A stretch of 64,000 nt of DNA, taken from NCBI GenBank assembly GCA_046348685.1, contig JAXMDT010000003.1:131749-195748 (forward strand), written 5' to 3'. Both the position numbers and the translations under genes were made by a program. The DNA comes from Rickettsiales bacterium (GTDB taxonomy: Bacteria; Pseudomonadota; Alphaproteobacteria; Rickettsiales; UBA998). Of this stretch, positions 63,018 through 64,000 are shown piece after piece; position 1 is the first letter of the stretch; each line of letters starts with the position of its first letter. A model generated the notes under the pieces. It was not told the DNA's origin. It worked only from the letters and a program-made list of their open reading frames with translations, and ran no database searches.

Positions 63018-63809
63018 CTATAAATTCACTTCTACCATGACCGGCACATGATCGGACGGACTTATCCAATCCCGCGCGTCGCGCAGGGTATGGCAACTGA
63101 CCAAAGCATCCTTTAAGCCCGGTGTAATCCAGATATGGTCAAGGCGCCGTCCCCGGTCTGATTTCTTCCAGTCCTGATTTCGATAGCTCCACCAGCTATA
63201 GAGCTTTTGCTCAAGCGGAACGTACTCCCGCGCGATATCGATCCATTTACTGATGCCTTTGAAAGCAAGGAGGCCTTCGGTTTCCACCGGCGTGTGACTG
63301 ACCACATCCAGCAACTGCTTATGCGACCACACATCATGCTCGTGCGGTGCGATATTGAAATCACCCATGATAATGGTCTTGGAAGCGGGTTTTACATCTT
63401 TCGACCAAGTGGTCATCTCTGCCACGCAGCGCAGTTTATCGGCGAATTTGGGATTAGCTACCGGGTCTGGAATATCTCCTCCTGCAGGCACATAAAAATT
63501 ATGCAAGCGGGTGCCATCCGGCAGCGTTGCGGCAATATGGCGGCGATGAATACCCCCTCCGAACTCATCAATGACTTCACGATCTTTTAGCGGCAGCTTG
63601 GAAAGAATAGCGACACCGTTATAACTCTTTTGGCCGCTGAAAAAGCGGTGCTTGAAGCCAAGCTTGTCCAGATCGCTTTCAGGAAACAATTCGTCCGTAA
63701 CCTTTGTTTCCTGAAGACAGAGGATATCCGGCGCATGCTCTTTTGCCAGTTTTTTGACCAGCGGCATGCGGAGGCGGACGGAGTTGATATTCCAGGTGGC
63801 GATTTTCAT
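63018..63809 (-). CDS. xthA: Exodeoxyribonuclease III
   Basis: 'MKIATWNINSVRLR', 'DILCLQETK', 'GDFNIAP', 'YSWWSYR', 'RLDHIW', 'PSDHVPV'. Confidence 0.9.
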   Translation of the reverse strand: MKIATWNINSVRLRMPLVKKLAKEHAPDILCLQETKVTDELFPESDLDKLGFKHRFFSGQKSYNGVAILSKLPLKDREVIDEFGGGIHRRHIAATLPDGTRLHNFYVPAGGDIPDPVANPKFADKLRCVAEMTTWSKDVKPASKTIIMGDFNIAPHEHDVWSHKQLLDVVSHTPVETEGLLAFKGISKWIDIAREYVPLEQKLYSWWSYRNQDWKKSDRGRRLDHIWITPGLKDALVSCHTLRDARDWISPSDHVPVMVEVNL

Positions 63810-63856
63810 AAAATCTGCATACTGGAAATAAGTCAGAACTCAACTATATTAAAGTC

Positions 63857-64000
63857 ATGCAAAAAGCTGTTTTCGCTGCGGGATGTTTCTGGGGAGTGCA
63901 GGATGCATTCGAAACCTTGCCGGGCGTACTCAAAACCACAGTCGGATATATTGGCGGCAGGACGGAAAAGCCAACCTACAAGGATGTCTGCAATGGCAAT
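63857..64000 (+). CDS. msrA: Peptide-methionine (S)-S-oxide reductase MsrA, N-terminal part (3' end off window)
   Basis: '[48 protein letters not shown]' carries the GCFWG active-site motif. The frame stays open to the window edge. Confidence 0.85.
   Translation, partial: MQKAVFAAGCFWGVQDAFETLPGVLKTTVGYIGGRTEKPTYKDVCNGN

Overview
This 64-kb segment reads as part of an alphaproteobacterial chromosome. Supporting markers are a ChpT-type histidine phosphotransferase, an ihfA-MerR pair, a bolA / J-domain / cobS neighbourhood with a distant cobT, DUF1674, DUF1150, and an MJ0042 zinc-ribbon gene beside ftsE. G+C is about 50% by eye. Packing is very tight, and several convergent gene pairs have 0-8 nt between stop codons or overlap. 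I cannot name the genus; several low-complexity or AT-richer orphan genes would fit a host-associated or predatory lifestyle, but that is inference.

Content in order:
- 1-9.4 kb: an alginate-type polysaccharide O-acetylation/lyase set (AlgJ-like fragment, AlgI, AlgL-like, a giant Sel1/AlgK-like protein, AlgF, AlgX-like), preceded by two tandem ceramidase-family membrane proteins.
- 9.5-16.3 kb: hsp20 with an RpoH-type promoter, a 1226-aa highly divergent PEP-carboxylase-like protein, tRNA-Ala and an RTX repeat protein.
- 16.5-18.9 kb: a partner-switching module (REC-serine kinase, REC-PP2C, STAS) with no sigma factor nearby.
- 19-26.5 kb: housekeeping genes (tas, rpe, rsmB, yaaA and others), plus an unlisted 49-aa DUF1674 ORF.
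- 26.6-32.9 kb: chpT followed by cheA(REC)-cheW-cheY-cheB-cheR, with no MCP gene.
- 32.9-40.5 kb: tandem DUF192 genes, a three-gene orphan operon, icd, and two glycine-rich membrane proteins.
- 40.7-59.1 kb: hup, tRNA-Val, tRNA-Asp, dapA, smpB, trkH, ubiH-family, bolA, cobS, marC, bdhA, ftsE, hpt, apaG, rpmB, cobT, a GT2 gene, rpmF-plsX-fabH and ihfA.
- 59.1-64 kb: tRNA-Pro flanked by small hairpin repeats, then an AT-rich one-gene islet, DUF1150, an M23 peptidase, two orphan genes, xthA and the start of msrA.

No rRNA, CRISPR array, transposase or integrase was seen.

The best candidates for something undescribed are:
- the dual-REC partner-switching module;
- the chpT-che linkage;
- the eroded PEPC-like giant;
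- the orphan operon at 34-37 kb;
- the tRNA-Pro islet gene.

All homology calls come from reading the translations by eye. No searches were run.
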